From positions 1,984,001-2,048,000 of the forward strand of contig OY820905.2 in assembly GCA_963555755.3 (NCBI GenBank): DNA of 64,000 nucleotides. Reading direction: 5' to 3'. This DNA is from Nitrospirales bacterium. Lineage in GTDB: Bacteria > Nitrospirota > Nitrospiria > Nitrospirales > UBA8639. A program made the translations under genes and the position numbers. The notes beneath the pieces are model-generated. The model was given only the letters and a program-made list of their open reading frames with translations. It was not told where the DNA came from and did not search any database. This document shows positions 19,134-31,001 of the stretch, piece by piece (within the stretch, counting starts at the first letter, position 1; the number at the start of each line of letters is the position of its first letter).

Positions 19134-22076
19134 ATGAAAAAGTATCCTAAATCCATTTTAATACTGGCTTTTATCCTGCCTCTTATTCCCCTTGTATTTT
19201 CTTCTTGTGTTTCGCCAGCAGCTCACTTAACCGGAAAAGTCGATCCTCATTTTACCTTTGATAAATCCCAATCAATACATATTGCGCTGCTAGAGTCAGC
19301 AAACATAGAAGACAAGCAATTTCATCATCAACTCGTAAAGGAAATGAAGCAGGCAGGATTCCAAATTGCAAACGAATGGACGAGGGATACCTTGGCACTA
19401 TTTTTTAACTTAAATGCAGACAGATCACTTGTTCATTCTATTCTTGTGTTGCCAGATAGTACCACCACTACTGGGCATATTGGCATGAAATCATTCAGGG
19501 CAACCACTGAAGGCACACAAGTGGTTCCTTACAGTAAATACATTACAATAAAACGAATCCAACTGGCTCTTTTCAGAATCACCAAAAAAGAAAAACTTGA
19601 TTTAGTGTGGGAAGGACACCTGGGAACACGACAAGAGAACTTACGCTACGGGGCTTCGTCGGCCATAAGGCAGCTCATTAAGGTTATTGGAGAAAACTTT
19701 GAAGGCCCTGTGGAAATGCCAGTGCAAAGTGCTCAACGTTCCCAAGACTCAAACGATGTTAAGCAATTAGAGCACCAAGTAAAAACGCTTCAAGCACAGA
19801 TTCAAGAGTTGCAAGGAAAGGATGGCAAGTTAACTGGCTCCAAAGCCGTACACAATGAACCGGAACCTTTGAAGCAAGAGAATGCTAAGCTAGCCCAAGA
19901 CTGCCAGCAAGAAAGGTTAGATGCCTGTGTTGAACTTGCTGCTCGCTACCAGGTAGGCGAGGGGGTTCCGAAGAATCTGAAAACTGCAGTTTCTCTTTAC
20001 GAAAAGGGATGTGAAGGTAACAATGCAAAAGCTTGTGCGGGTCTTGGAATGCTTTACGCAAAGGGAAGTGGGGTACAAGTGGATAAAGAAATGGCCAAAA
20101 ACCTATTTTCGAAGGCCTGTGACAATGGATTTGCCAAAGCATGTTTTATCCTTGGTGGTTTGTTCAAGTCCGGCGAAGTCAGTAGAAAGGATGAGGTGCA
20201 ATCCGTAAAGCTTTTTCAAAAGGCTTGCGATGGTGGGGATGGTATGGGGTGTACTTCTCTCGCATTCAACTACCTTATGGGTAAAGTAGGTCAAATAGAT
20301 CATAAGCGAGCCATGGCTCTCCTTGAGCAGGGTTGCCAGTATGGGGAGCCTTTCGCCTGTGGTAGCGCAGCAATGAGATACAGAATAGGTCTTTCAGTTC
20401 AAAAGGACACAGAGAAGTCTTTGTCACTTCAAAAGAATGCTTTCCCTCTTTATCAGAAGGGGTGTCAGGAAGGAGACGCTTCCTACTGTGGAGCGGTCGG
20501 GGCATACTACGAGGGACGAATTGTAGTACCTGTGGACAAATCGGTGGTCGGGGCATACTACGAGGAGGGAGGTGTAGTACCTGTGGACATATCGCAAGCT
20601 CTCCTTCATTACGAAAAAGCTTGTAAAGGTGGATCACTCTCTGGGTGTGTGCGCCTTGGTAATCTGTATCTGGAAGGCAATAAAGTTTCCAAAGATCACC
20701 AGAAAGCAATTCAGATTTATAGCAAAGCCTGCGAAACAAAGGAGTTAGCTCCTTGGGAGGGGGGAGAAGCTTTTTGGAAAAGTAGCTGCTACAGAAATCT
20801 CGGATCCCTCTATGAGAATGGTGAAGGTTTACCCACGGACAAAGCGCATGCCGCAACCTTTTATCGGAAAGCTTGTGATCTAGGTGACGAAAGCAGTTGC
20901 ATTAAGCTTGGCCTGCTAACATTCGATGAGGATCGTCTGGGGTCAATAAACAAAACGAATAATCTTCCCCTCCTCCGTAAAGGTTGTCATAAGTACTACG
21001 ACACAGCCAATACCTGCCAGCAATTTGAAGAAACCTTAGTAGGCTTATGCGAAAAGGAGGACCTTAAAGCTTGTCGTGAGCTATCAGATAGTTATTGGGA
21101 AGGAAGACTCAATCCCAAAAAAGCACTTTTCCCCGTGGCTTCTCTCAATCGGATGCTTTGTGATGAAGGAACACTAGAAAGTTGCGATAGATTAGCTTTC
21201 CATTTTACTGTCGGTTCCACTAGAGACATCACCCGCGCGGAAGAGCTCTATGTAAAAAACTGTCAAGATGGTTATTTAGATAGCTGTGAAAGCCTTGCTG
21301 GTCTGGCCTTGGAATATTTAGAGGGACTTGTTAACACACCTGTAGATCCCGTTAAAGCTGGACAACTTCTTAAACTCTCTTGTGACGGAGGGGTGGCTTC
21401 TTCCTGTAGACAACTCGGCGAACTCTATGAAGAGGGGGAGGGCGTGAAACAGGACTACACCTCTGCAGAGAAAGCCTATAAGGTGGCCTGTGACAAAGGT
21501 GATGCCAGGGGTTGTGATTCTCTAGCCCACCTGTATAAGAAGGGGTACTTAGGAAGAAAGGGAAAGGCGGAAATTGCAGCACTATACAGCCGTGCAGTTG
21601 CGCTGTATCGAAAGGGTTGTGAGAAGGGAAAAGACCTCAAGAGAATTGATAGGTATGATAGTGATTGGGATTGCTATTGGTTGGCTTCTCATTACGAGCG
21701 TGGACGAGGGGTTTCCCGAGATGAACTAAAGGCATCAATTTTTTACAAGCAGGCTTGTGGCCGTGGACTTCAGAAGGCCTGTAAGCAAGCTACAAGCTTT
21801 TACGTTAAGGATTGTAAAAAAGGACAGGTTGCGGACTGTACGATTTTAGGGAGAATGTACCTGCATGGCCGCATTCTTGAAAAAAATACCCAACGCGCCA
21901 TGCATTTTTTTCAACAAGCGTGTGACGGGAAAGACGGGAAAGGCTGTTATAACCTTGGCTCCATACACGTGAATGAAAAGGGCGACCTATATAAACCAGA
22001 TAAGGCGCAAACCTATTTTCAGATGGCCTGTGATTTCGGGTATACGTTAGGTTGCCTACATGATAAAGCGAAGTAG
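19134..22076 (+). CDS. Cys-rich Sel1-like repeat (Hcp-like) putative lipoprotein
   Basis: VFSSC lipobox-like motif, coiled coil, many KAC.G...C..LG.LY..G.GV..D repeats; AT-richer than the core genes. Confidence 0.88.
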   Translation: MKKYPKSILILAFILPLIPLVFSSCVSPAAHLTGKVDPHFTFDKSQSIHIALLESANIEDKQFHHQLVKEMKQAGFQIANEWTRDTLALFFNLNADRSLVHSILVLPDSTTTTGHIGMKSFRATTEGTQVVPYSKYITIKRIQLALFRITKKEKLDLVWEGHLGTRQENLRYGASSAIRQLIKVIGENFEGPVEMPVQSAQRSQDSNDVKQLEHQVKTLQAQIQELQGKDGKLTGSKAVHNEPEPLKQENAKLAQDCQQERLDACVELAARYQVGEGVPKNLKTAVSLYEKGCEGNNAKACAGLGMLYAKGSGVQVDKEMAKNLFSKACDNGFAKACFILGGLFKSGEVSRKDEVQSVKLFQKACDGGDGMGCTSLAFNYLMGKVGQIDHKRAMALLEQGCQYGEPFACGSAAMRYRIGLSVQKDTEKSLSLQKNAFPLYQKGCQEGDASYCGAVGAYYEGRIVVPVDKSVVGAYYEEGGVVPVDISQALLHYEKACKGGSLSGCVRLGNLYLEGNKVSKDHQKAIQIYSKACETKELAPWEGGEAFWKSSCYRNLGSLYENGEGLPTDKAHAATFYRKACDLGDESSCIKLGLLTFDEDRLGSINKTNNLPLLRKGCHKYYDTANTCQQFEETLVGLCEKEDLKACRELSDSYWEGRLNPKKALFPVASLNRMLCDEGTLESCDRLAFHFTVGSTRDITRAEELYVKNCQDGYLDSCESLAGLALEYLEGLVNTPVDPVKAGQLLKLSCDGGVASSCRQLGELYEEGEGVKQDYTSAEKAYKVACDKGDARGCDSLAHLYKKGYLGRKGKAEIAALYSRAVALYRKGCEKGKDLKRIDRYDSDWDCYWLASHYERGRGVSRDELKASIFYKQACGRGLQKACKQATSFYVKDCKKGQVADCTILGRMYLHGRILEKNTQRAMHFFQQACDGKDGKGCYNLGSIHVNEKGDLYKPDKAQTYFQMACDFGYTLGCLHDKAK

Positions 22077-22423
22077 GTGCGTTCGTTTCAGCTCCTGCAA
22101 AGAATGCAACGTTTCCTGTCAGTTCTTGTTCTACTTGGGCTCTCGCTTTGGTTTATTGGAATATTTGAAGTGATCGAGTATCAAATTATTGCTTATTGAG
22201 AAAAGTGCTCCAAGAAAAACCCCAAGACCCTCGGGTGTTAGCAGGAGCAATTGAAACAGGAATCGTTATCAGGGATTTTAGGTAGCCTTGCTGTAGATAC
22301 GGCTGGGTGATGAGCTGCAGGCCGAACACCGGGCACCGCAAACCAACATTAACCTAGAGAATGTTGCGGTGACCGCTTTGTTTGCAGCCCGTCTGCTCCT
22401 TTGTTTTGGGCAGAGAGTGCTGC

Positions 22424-22906
22424 TTAACCTACAAGCTCTTCCAACCGTTTTGTGAAATTGTCACAAAACTTCTTCAAATCTGCCGCATTGATTTTTGCGC
22501 GCCAATTGATCGGGGCATTTGCGCTGGAAGCATCTTCAAACTCAATTTCCACCTTGTCCATTTCTCGATGATCAGAAGAGAACATAATTCGCCGGTGAGA
22601 TGCAGCATTTCGCAAATGCCAAATCAATTTTCCCAGGGTGTTGGTGTCACCTTTTTCGTCCAATAGGATATCCCACCGAGGCCAACCTTCCTCCTCAAGT
22701 TCGCTCAGACATAAGTTATCAAGTTGATTCAATGCTCCATCTGCCCAAGGGAAAACAATGAGGCCCAATAGAGATGTCACTAACTGAGTGACTTCATGTA
22801 CGTCTTCGTCCTCAACGCGTTTTTTGATAATAAAGTCCAGGTTTTTGCGAACGCGTCGGGCAAATTCCTTAGTGTTGTTTCGGTCAAGCGAATATTTCTT
22901 AGGCAT
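22424..22906 (-). CDS. HEPN-domain protein (pEK499_p136-like), putative RNase
   Basis: HEVTQLVTSLLGLIVFPW and RNAASH (Rx4H); start MPKKY after GGAGG. Confidence 0.75.
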   Translation of the reverse strand: MPKKYSLDRNNTKEFARRVRKNLDFIIKKRVEDEDVHEVTQLVTSLLGLIVFPWADGALNQLDNLCLSELEEEGWPRWDILLDEKGDTNTLGKLIWHLRNAASHRRIMFSSDHREMDKVEIEFEDASSANAPINWRAKINAADLKKFCDNFTKRLEELVG

Positions 22907-22952
22907 GCCAATATCCTCCGCCTCACACTGCAAGTCAGCTACATTTTCCTAG

Positions 22953-23435
22953 TTAGGAACCGCCGACATATTGATAAACTAGGTAAAACACGGCTACTGA
23001 AAGCATCACAGCCACTAGAACAACTGGCCACTGATTACCCCACTCCCTGGCATCATTTGCAAGGTTCGTGTTGAGGATCTGATAGTGAACAAGCTCTCCA
23101 AAGAAGTACCCGAATAGTAGCACCAACGCGGCAACTTCGCCCGCAGCGCCAATTCCAACACTAAACAGCGTTCGCGAGGCAGGGACAGCCAATGCAACAA
23201 GCGGAAATACAAAACCAAACAAGGCCGCTACAAGCGTTGACAGGAGCAACAATAGAAGTGGACCAGTAAAGTGAGTAAGACCCAGGTAGATATCGCGGGC
23301 CTTTTTTTGATCAAAGTCAACAGCTACTTGTCGGTAGTAGTTTGCTTCTCGCTGAAGCCGGAATGACAAAAAAGTGCCGCAGAACCCTGTTAATATCGCA
23401 CCAGCTGAAAGGGCCGAACCATAAAATTGTTCTAT
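22953..23435 (-). CDS. Hypothetical membrane protein; start codon probably mutated (ATA at 23435)
   Basis: Frame stays open 22 codons upstream of the called TTG, up to an ATA after AAAAGGAAG; several TM segments. Confidence 0.55.
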   Translation of the reverse strand: MEQFYGSALSAGAILTGFCGTFLSFRLQREANYYRQVAVDFDQKKARDIYLGLTHFTGPLLLLLLSTLVAALFGFVFPLVALAVPASRTLFSVGIGAAGEVAALVLLFGYFFGELVHYQILNTNLANDAREWGNQWPVVLVAVMLSVAVFYLVYQYVGGS

Positions 23436-23650
23436 GGTGCTTCCTTTTTGACTAACTATGGATTATCTGCTTCTGTATAAGATCCCACTTCATTGGTTCT
23501 GCAGTATAAGCCCTTTGAAATGGTGAGACAATTAATGGCGTTTGAGGCTGCCTGACAGAGAGCCACGGTAGACGGCTTTGATTTGGTGTCAGGTCTGAGT
23601 ATGGAATTTTGGTAAGATTTGCTCTCCCCACGCTTGAGTTTGAAAACTTA

Positions 23651-23866
23651 ATTTGTTTCTTGAGTGTCTTCACGCCTTCGAGTGCGGCGGAGCTGGAGCC
23701 CCGAAACGGCTTTTTGGCGAAGGCTGTCTGAGCAGAGCGAGTTCCTGAGCCATCTTATTCGGGGCGGAGGCGGAGGAACCCCAGAAGGGGCCGCACACGG
23801 GCGACAGTGGTTTTGGGTACTTTTGCCGAAACAAAAGTGCCTCGTCGCGCGGGGACGAAACCCCGC
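23651..23866 (-). repeat. Structured repeat family G, copy 2
   Basis: See 18016-18230; lies just after the comEC stop. Confidence 0.75.
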
Positions 23867-23917
23867 ATAAAAAATTTCCAGCACCTTTCACCATGACTGA
23901 CAGGACGTCTTTCATGA

Positions 23918-26479
23918 TCAATCACCCCCTGTCCACTTCACCCATAACCGATGTACATTGTCGGCTTCCTGCTGAAGAAGACTTCCTTCTCCGCTGACCA
24001 CAGAAAGAAATTGCTCTTGGGTTGTTTGGATGGTTGTGTCAAATGAGTCTACACGTTGTTTGATGACAATGGCTCCATCTTGATCTGTTCGATACACTTC
24101 AATGCCTTGTTGGTCATAGTGCTGAAGAACGGAGGGAGCAGGATGCCCATAACGATTCCTTTGCCCAGCCGAGACCACAGCCGTCTTTGCCGTTAACCGA
24201 TTGAACCAATCCGCATTGAATGAACTCTTGGCGCCATGATGAGGAATCTTGACCAGCGTGGCGACTTGAACCGAAGGGTCATTGGCCATGCGCTCCAATG
24301 CTTCAACTTCGGCGTCCGCCGTTAACAGAACCGAATGCATCCCACAGGTCACACTCAAGACAACGGAAAGATTATTTAATTCAGTACCACTTTTTTTGTC
24401 AGGCGCAGCTTGGGATATTCCACTCTCTGATCGAGGCGGATTCAGTGAACGCACCTGGCAAGGGCTCCCCTTCACAAGATCTAGGCCGGCCCAGGCAACC
24501 TGCTCGGTCAGATTCTTCTCGCTCATCGCACCATTCAATCGTTGGTAAAACGGTTCATCTCGTTGAACGCCATTGGTCCAAAAGTGACGAATGTTGAAAT
24601 TCTTGATGACCCAAGCAAGTCCCCCGACATGATCGAGTTGTGGATGGGTGGCGATGAGATGATCAATCGTTCGAATGCCTCGATCCCACAGATACGGGCC
24701 GACGACCATCCGCCCCATATCCCACCGCTCATAGGCTGCGCCTCCGTCAATGAGTATTGTTTGACCATCAGGCAATTCAAGCAAAGTCGCATCGCCTTGC
24801 CCAACATCCAGAAATGTCGCGCGTAAGGTCTCGCCTTCAAAGATCTGACGCGGAGACCATGCCCACCAAACAACGAGCACGATAACGACGGCTGTACTGG
24901 TCCACCGAAGAACTGGCTTGGGACACATGAGCGCGAACAGCAGACACATGTAGAAACCAACAATCGCCAACAGCGCTGGTGAAGCAACATGCCATTCCGC
25001 CCCAGGGGTGTTGGCGAGGAATCCAACGAGAGAGCTCACGCTATCCAGGATGGATTGATTCACCCATGCCAGGGGAAGATGGTCCAAACCCAACACCAAA
25101 ACGAGGATCGAGGAAAATAACCCTAACGGCACCACGAACAAGCCAACAAACGGCACAACAGCCATATTGGCAAATACCCCAAGCCAGGCCACTTGGTTAA
25201 AATAATATGCCACCAACGGCAGCGTGGCGAGTGTCGCCGAACCGGAAATGAGGAAATATTGCTTCAGCCATGTCTTGAGTTTGTCCCACAACGACGGGGC
25301 AGATTCCTCCGCCTCTTCCTCATCAGAAGGATCTGTCCAGCGTAGCGCCATGGCAATCGCCAATACCGACAGGTACGACAATTGAAACGACAAGTCATAG
25401 ATCACCATGGGATTGACCAACGTGGTGAGAAAGGCCGATACCCCCAAGGCAACGAGAATGCGCCGCTCGTGTCCAACCCAAACCGCCAGTAAGTACAGCA
25501 CAATCATCATCAAGGATCGAACCGTGGCCACATGCACCCCGGACAACACGGTATAAAACACGACCAGAGGAATGGTCATCACGACGGCAAGTTGTTTCGG
25601 GGTGATCCGGCAAGAGAGCCGTTCCAACCATGGCGCGGGCATCCGACGGGTGAGACCTCTGATCGACAGGAAAGACAGAAACGCCAGAAGCCCCAAATGA
25701 GAACCGGAGATGGAAATAATGTGGACAGTCCCGGTTGTCATAAAATCATCGCGAACCTCCTGGTCAATATACCGTTGTTCACCGACGATCATCCCGAGAA
25801 ACAGAGCCCGTGCTGGATCCGTGAGACTCGATAATACTGCTTGGCGGACTTGGTTTCGCCAGCGATCAATTCGATTCCACAGAAACGTTCCCATTGTCGA
25901 TAGACCTGGAGCACTGATTTGAATGTGATCAGGTCCCCTCACTATGGCCACCGCTTCTATCCCGCGTTGCCGGAGATACGCGCCATAGTCAAATCCTCCA
26001 GGATTGCGCGTACCAAACGGCGCCCGCAGACGGGTCCTGACTGTTATGGCATCTCCTCGATACACTGCTGTGTTGGGGTTGCGCCATGTCAATCGAAGTT
26101 TCCCCTGAACAACACGCTTTTTGGCTTTTTCCCCAATCGATATGACATCGACCAGCATCGTCATTCGTCCTGGCGCATGCTGAACCGGATCCGCAATCAC
26201 CCCCGATAGGAGCACTTCTTGTTCACCAGCTTTTTGGAGAAGGGCACCTGCGGAATTATGCCATTCGCCCACATTCCAATAGCCAACGCCACACAGCAAA
26301 CAGGCATAGAGAATGAGACTTCTTTTCGATGCCAACCGACCTTGACGCTCACACCACGTGAGACCAATGGCACAGAGAACGAGGATGGAGACAATGGAAA
26401 AGGGAATATAACGAACATAGGACCCGAACCAGAGGCCTACAAGGAAGGACACAATACAGGGCAGGAGAACTGAAGGCAC
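23918..26479 (-). CDS. comEC: DNA internalization competence protein ComEC/Rec2
   Basis: NPGGFDY, HIISISGSH, SFQLS, FLDVGQGDA, THPQLDHVGG, NRYGHP. Confidence 0.95.
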   Translation of the reverse strand: MPSVLLPCIVSFLVGLWFGSYVRYIPFSIVSILVLCAIGLTWCERQGRLASKRSLILYACLLCGVGYWNVGEWHNSAGALLQKAGEQEVLLSGVIADPVQHAPGRMTMLVDVISIGEKAKKRVVQGKLRLTWRNPNTAVYRGDAITVRTRLRAPFGTRNPGGFDYGAYLRQRGIEAVAIVRGPDHIQISAPGLSTMGTFLWNRIDRWRNQVRQAVLSSLTDPARALFLGMIVGEQRYIDQEVRDDFMTTGTVHIISISGSHLGLLAFLSFLSIRGLTRRMPAPWLERLSCRITPKQLAVVMTIPLVVFYTVLSGVHVATVRSLMMIVLYLLAVWVGHERRILVALGVSAFLTTLVNPMVIYDLSFQLSYLSVLAIAMALRWTDPSDEEEAEESAPSLWDKLKTWLKQYFLISGSATLATLPLVAYYFNQVAWLGVFANMAVVPFVGLFVVPLGLFSSILVLVLGLDHLPLAWVNQSILDSVSSLVGFLANTPGAEWHVASPALLAIVGFYMCLLFALMCPKPVLRWTSTAVVIVLVVWWAWSPRQIFEGETLRATFLDVGQGDATLLELPDGQTILIDGGAAYERWDMGRMVVGPYLWDRGIRTIDHLIATHPQLDHVGGLAWVIKNFNIRHFWTNGVQRDEPFYQRLNGAMSEKNLTEQVAWAGLDLVKGSPCQVRSLNPPRSESGISQAAPDKKSGTELNNLSVVLSVTCGMHSVLLTADAEVEALERMANDPSVQVATLVKIPHHGAKSSFNADWFNRLTAKTAVVSAGQRNRYGHPAPSVLQHYDQQGIEVYRTDQDGAIVIKQRVDSFDTTIQTTQEQFLSVVSGEGSLLQQEADNVHRLWVKWTGGD

Positions 26480-26499
26480 GCCAATTAGAAAAAACTGAA

Positions 26500-27849
26500 T
26501 TAGCCGATTGTGGCTTTGACCACGCCAACTAACGTATCCGCCACGTGACGGATTTGAGCGTCATTTTGTCCTTCGACCATTACACGAACAAGCGGTTCCG
26601 TTCCCGAGTACCGAACGAGCACTCGGCCCGTTCCATGCAAGGCTTCCTCACTTGAGCGAATCGCCTGTTGCAATTCAGGAAGAGACGACAGATCAGGTTT
26701 ATGGGAGACTTCAACCCCAAGCAATACCTGAGGGACCGCTTCCATGCATCGGGCGACATCCGAAAGTGGACGAGCAGCCCGCTTCATGAGCTTCAACATT
26801 TGCAGGCCGGAGATCACCCCATCCCCGGTTGTATTGTAATCCAGGAATATCAAATGCCCCGATTGTTCGCCTCCGAGGTTGTAGCCATCGGCAAGCATCC
26901 GTTCGAGGATGTACCGATCCCCCACAGGTGTGCGAATGAGTGTAAGACCAGCTTTGCGTAAGGCGGCTTCAAATCCAAAATTACTCATCACGGTTCCGAC
27001 AACCGTCTGTTTGTGTAACCGTCCACGTTGCTGGAGATCAAAGGCAAGCGCGGCTAAAGCCTGATCACCAGTGACGACGTCACCCTGCTCATCGACAAAC
27101 ACCGATCGATCAGCGTCTCCATCCAGGGCAATGCCAATGTCTGCACCCTGGGCTCGCACCACATCTTGGAGGCGTTCAGGACACATGGCTCCGAATCCTG
27201 CATTGATGTTCGTGCCATCAGGATCATCGCCAATCACATGCACTTCGGCGCCCAACTCCCGAATAACCTTGGGAAACACGGAATAGCCTGCGCCATGAGC
27301 ACAATCGAGAACGACCTTGATCCCCTGGAAATCCATATCACGAGGCACGGACCGTTTCACGAATTCAATGTACCGACCTTCCGCATCATCAATACGATGG
27401 GCTTTGCCGATCTCACTAGCTGTCGGCCGAAGATGCTCGATTTCGTTGGAAAGAATGAGTTCCTCCATCCGCAGTTCCATATCATCGGGAAGCTTAAACC
27501 CATCATGGGAGAAAAATTTAATCCCGTTGTCTTGATAGGGATTATGCGAAGCCGAGATCATCACTCCAGCATCGGCACGAAGGCAACGCGTGAGAAAGGC
27601 CACCCCTGGAGTTGGCATCGGCCCCACCAGCAACACATCAACACCCATCGAGCAAATCCCGGAGGTCAACGCTGACTCCAACATGTACCCGGACAACCGG
27701 GTGTCCTTGCCAATGACAATTTGATGACGACCTTCACGCCGCTTAAACAGGTGAGCCACTGCCCGACCTAACTTCATGGCGGTTTCACTAGTTATCGGCT
27801 CTAAATTGGCAACACCTCGCACACCATCTGTCCCGAATAACTTCCGCAT
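26500..27849 (-). CDS. glmM: Phosphoglucosamine mutase
   Basis: [37 protein letters not shown]. Confidence 0.97.
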   Translation of the reverse strand: MRKLFGTDGVRGVANLEPITSETAMKLGRAVAHLFKRREGRHQIVIGKDTRLSGYMLESALTSGICSMGVDVLLVGPMPTPGVAFLTRCLRADAGVMISASHNPYQDNGIKFFSHDGFKLPDDMELRMEELILSNEIEHLRPTASEIGKAHRIDDAEGRYIEFVKRSVPRDMDFQGIKVVLDCAHGAGYSVFPKVIRELGAEVHVIGDDPDGTNINAGFGAMCPERLQDVVRAQGADIGIALDGDADRSVFVDEQGDVVTGDQALAALAFDLQQRGRLHKQTVVGTVMSNFGFEAALRKAGLTLIRTPVGDRYILERMLADGYNLGGEQSGHLIFLDYNTTGDGVISGLQMLKLMKRAARPLSDVARCMEAVPQVLLGVEVSHKPDLSSLPELQQAIRSSEEALHGTGRVLVRYSGTEPLVRVMVEGQNDAQIRHVADTLVGVVKATIG

Positions 27850-27857
27850 GAACCCTC

Positions 27858-28730
27858 CTAGTTCCAATGAGCTCGTTTAATCGCCGTGGCCATCGTCACC
27901 ACGTCACGCATCTGCTCAACATCATGAACCCGAACGACATGGGCACCGTGCAACACCGCTGTAGCCACCGCCGCCGCCGTTCCCATCATCCGTTCACCAA
28001 CAGGCTTATTCAAAACCGCTCCAATGAACGATTTATTCGACACCCCTACTAATACCGGTTGCCCCAAACTTTCAAGGGAAGACAGCCCATTCATGAGGCT
28101 GAGATTTTGTTCGATCGTCTTGGCAAAACCGATTCCTGGATCAATAAGGATTTGCTCGGGCAGGATACCATACGATTCAGCCACCTCAATTCGATCCCGT
28201 AAAAACCTTTTAACCTCTTCAACCACATTGTCATAGTGACAACAGTCCTGCATGGTCTTCGGATCGCCCTGCATATGCATCAGCACAACCCCAGCCTGAG
28301 CTTCAGCCACCACATAGCCCATATCCGAATCAAACTCCAAAGCACTGATATCGTTAATAATATGGACGCCCCAATCAAGTGCTCTCCTCGCCACTTCCGC
28401 CTTTTTTGTATCCACCGACAGTGTGACCTGACACTGTTTTCCAAGAACCTCCAAGACCGGTCGAAGACGCCGAAGTTCTTCCTCCGCATTAATACCGACT
28501 GAACCCGGTCTGGAAGATTCAGCCCCCACATCAATTATATCCACACCAGCAGCAATCATGTGTTGTGCCTGATCAAGGGCATACTGAGGGTCCAGGAAAC
28601 GGCCTCCGTCAGAAAAGGAATCTGGGGTGACATTTAACACGCCCATCACTAACGGACGAACACCAAAAGGGATGCGTTTGGTTCTGGCACGAATCCATCG
28701 TTCAGTGTCTTCCGTGACTGAACCCGACAT
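27858..28730 (-). CDS. folP: Dihydropteroate synthase
   Basis: [29 protein letters not shown]. Confidence 0.96.
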   Translation of the reverse strand: MSGSVTEDTERWIRARTKRIPFGVRPLVMGVLNVTPDSFSDGGRFLDPQYALDQAQHMIAAGVDIIDVGAESSRPGSVGINAEEELRRLRPVLEVLGKQCQVTLSVDTKKAEVARRALDWGVHIINDISALEFDSDMGYVVAEAQAGVVLMHMQGDPKTMQDCCHYDNVVEEVKRFLRDRIEVAESYGILPEQILIDPGIGFAKTIEQNLSLMNGLSSLESLGQPVLVGVSNKSFIGAVLNKPVGERMMGTAAAVATAVLHGAHVVRVHDVEQMRDVVTMATAIKRAHWN

Positions 28731-28914
28731 GAAAATGGACTCCTCTGACGGGGAGGTTAACGATTTATTCGGACGTCAGGAAAGCATCCTTGAGCGATGG
28801 AGAGAGTATAAGAAATGATTTGAGACGTGAATGCCTGGATCTTTTCCACCACCAGGCCTTCCTTGAACCTATGGGGACTCAGGGTTAGGATGATCGCGAT
28901 CGCCAGAAACCCTA

Positions 28915-30735
28915 TCAGGAAATTTGTGCAGCCTCCTGAACAATTGTCCCCGAATTGATGATCTGGTCAATTTCTAACGAATCCAATACTTCCTTTTCCA
29001 ACAACGCTTCGGCCAGAGCCCTCAAGGTATGGATATGTTCCGTCAACACACGCTTCGTACGATCATAGGATTCCACAATAAGCCGTTTAATTTCATAGTC
29101 AATCTCTAAAGCCATTTGATCACTGATATCATGGCGTTGACTGAGTTCCCGACCAAGGAAGACTTCCGCCTCTTTTTTCCCAAAGGTGACGGGGCCGAGC
29201 TTGGCACTCATACCCCATTCACACACCATTTTTCTGGCCAAATCGGTGGCCCGTTCAATATCGTTTCCTGCTCCTGTGGTCACATCCTTAAACACCAATT
29301 CCTCAGCCACTCGCCCGCCTAACAAAATCGACAGGGTGTTATATAAAAATTCTTGCGAATAACTGTGCCGATCATCCGTCGGCAACTGCATGGTCATTCC
29401 CATCGCCCGACCACGCGGGATGATCGTCACCTTATGAACAGGGTCAGTGCCCGGCAACAATTTCGCCATGAGGGCATGACCAGCCTCATGATACGCCGTC
29501 GTTCGCTTTTCTTCTTCGCTGAGCACTAAACTCTTGCGTTCCACCCCCATCATGACTTTATCTTTAGCATTTTCGAAATCGACCAATTCCACAACCTTCT
29601 TATTCAGTCGAGCCGCCCACAAGGCAGCCTCGTTGACGAGGTTTTCCAAATCCGCTCCGGAAAAGCCAGGCGTTCCTCTACCAATTTGCTCAAGATTGAC
29701 ATCTGTCGCGATAGGCACCTTCTTGGTGTGGACTTTCAATATTTCAACTCGCCCCTTGATATCGGGACGATTCACGATAACCTGCCGATCAAACCGCCCT
29801 GGACGTAGTAACGCAGGATCCAAAACATCAGGACGGTTTGTCGCTGCGACAAGAATCACACCTTCCGTCGTATCAAAACCATCCATTTCCACAAGCAGTT
29901 GGTTCAGCGTTTGTTCCCGCTCATCGTGCCCACCGCCCAGTCCAGCTCCACGCAAACGGCCAACCGCATCGATTTCATCGATGAAAATGATACAGGGAGC
30001 GTGTTTTCTCCCTTGTTCAAACAAGTCACGAACCCGAGAGGCACCAACACCCACAAACATTTCAACGAAGTCAGATCCGCTGATGAAAAAAAATGGGACC
30101 GCGGCCTCACCTGCAATAGCTTTGGCCAAGAGTGTTTTCCCAGTCCCTGGGGGGCCGATGATAAGAACACCTTTAGGAATGCGTCCCCCAAGTTTCTGAA
30201 ACTTTTGCGGATCCTTTAAAAAATCTATAATTTCAACGACCTCATCTTTCGCCTCGTCTATACCAGCCACATCGGCAAACGTGATTTTCTTTTTATCTTC
30301 CGTCAGCATTCTGGCACGACTTTTCCCAAACGACATTGCGCGATTACCACCCATTTGCATTTGTCGCATCAAAAAGAACCACAGCCCCAGGAATAGAATA
30401 AATGGTCCCCAAGTGACCAGGAACGTGATATACCAGGGGCTATCAACCGGTGGTTTGGCTTCTATTTGCACACCTTTTTCCCTGAGGGCTTTCACCAGAT
30501 CGGGATATTCAACCGTAAAGGTGTTAATCCGTGTCCCATCTTTCAACACAGCACTAATTTGATTATCTTTCATGGTCACCTTGGAAATTTCACCACGTTC
30601 CAGGTGCAACATGAATTCGCTAAAAATAACTGGTTCTTCAGGAGAATTGGATGGGACTGTAAACAAATTGAACAAGAGAATCATAAACAGGCCAACAACC
30701 ACCCAAAACAGTAAATTCTTTACTCGAGAATTCAT
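28915..30735 (-). CDS. ftsH: ATP-dependent zinc metalloprotease FtsH
   Basis: [20 protein letters not shown], two N-terminal TM helices. Confidence 0.98.
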   Translation of the reverse strand: MNSRVKNLLFWVVVGLFMILLFNLFTVPSNSPEEPVIFSEFMLHLERGEISKVTMKDNQISAVLKDGTRINTFTVEYPDLVKALREKGVQIEAKPPVDSPWYITFLVTWGPFILFLGLWFFLMRQMQMGGNRAMSFGKSRARMLTEDKKKITFADVAGIDEAKDEVVEIIDFLKDPQKFQKLGGRIPKGVLIIGPPGTGKTLLAKAIAGEAAVPFFFISGSDFVEMFVGVGASRVRDLFEQGRKHAPCIIFIDEIDAVGRLRGAGLGGGHDEREQTLNQLLVEMDGFDTTEGVILVAATNRPDVLDPALLRPGRFDRQVIVNRPDIKGRVEILKVHTKKVPIATDVNLEQIGRGTPGFSGADLENLVNEAALWAARLNKKVVELVDFENAKDKVMMGVERKSLVLSEEEKRTTAYHEAGHALMAKLLPGTDPVHKVTIIPRGRAMGMTMQLPTDDRHSYSQEFLYNTLSILLGGRVAEELVFKDVTTGAGNDIERATDLARKMVCEWGMSAKLGPVTFGKKEAEVFLGRELSQRHDISDQMALEIDYEIKRLIVESYDRTKRVLTEHIHTLRALAEALLEKEVLDSLEIDQIINSGTIVQEAAQIS

Positions 30736-31001
30736 TCGAGTTCTCTTCCTCCTAGACTATAATTTCTCTGTAGATGTGGATCGTGAATAATCATTAACAA
30801 CAACGAGATAATCTCACGAATACTACCATGGGTCTTGATTCTATGACAACCAAATCCCCTCTAGTTTTTTTAGAAGCTCGTTCATTATCCAGTTTCCCAT
30901 GACTCAACCCATTGAATTTCCAGTCGATTCCTGGCTGTTTCAAAATTTTTCAGGCGGAGAACTGTGTGGTGGTAGTGAGGAAGGGGGTGCCAAAATAGTG
31001 C

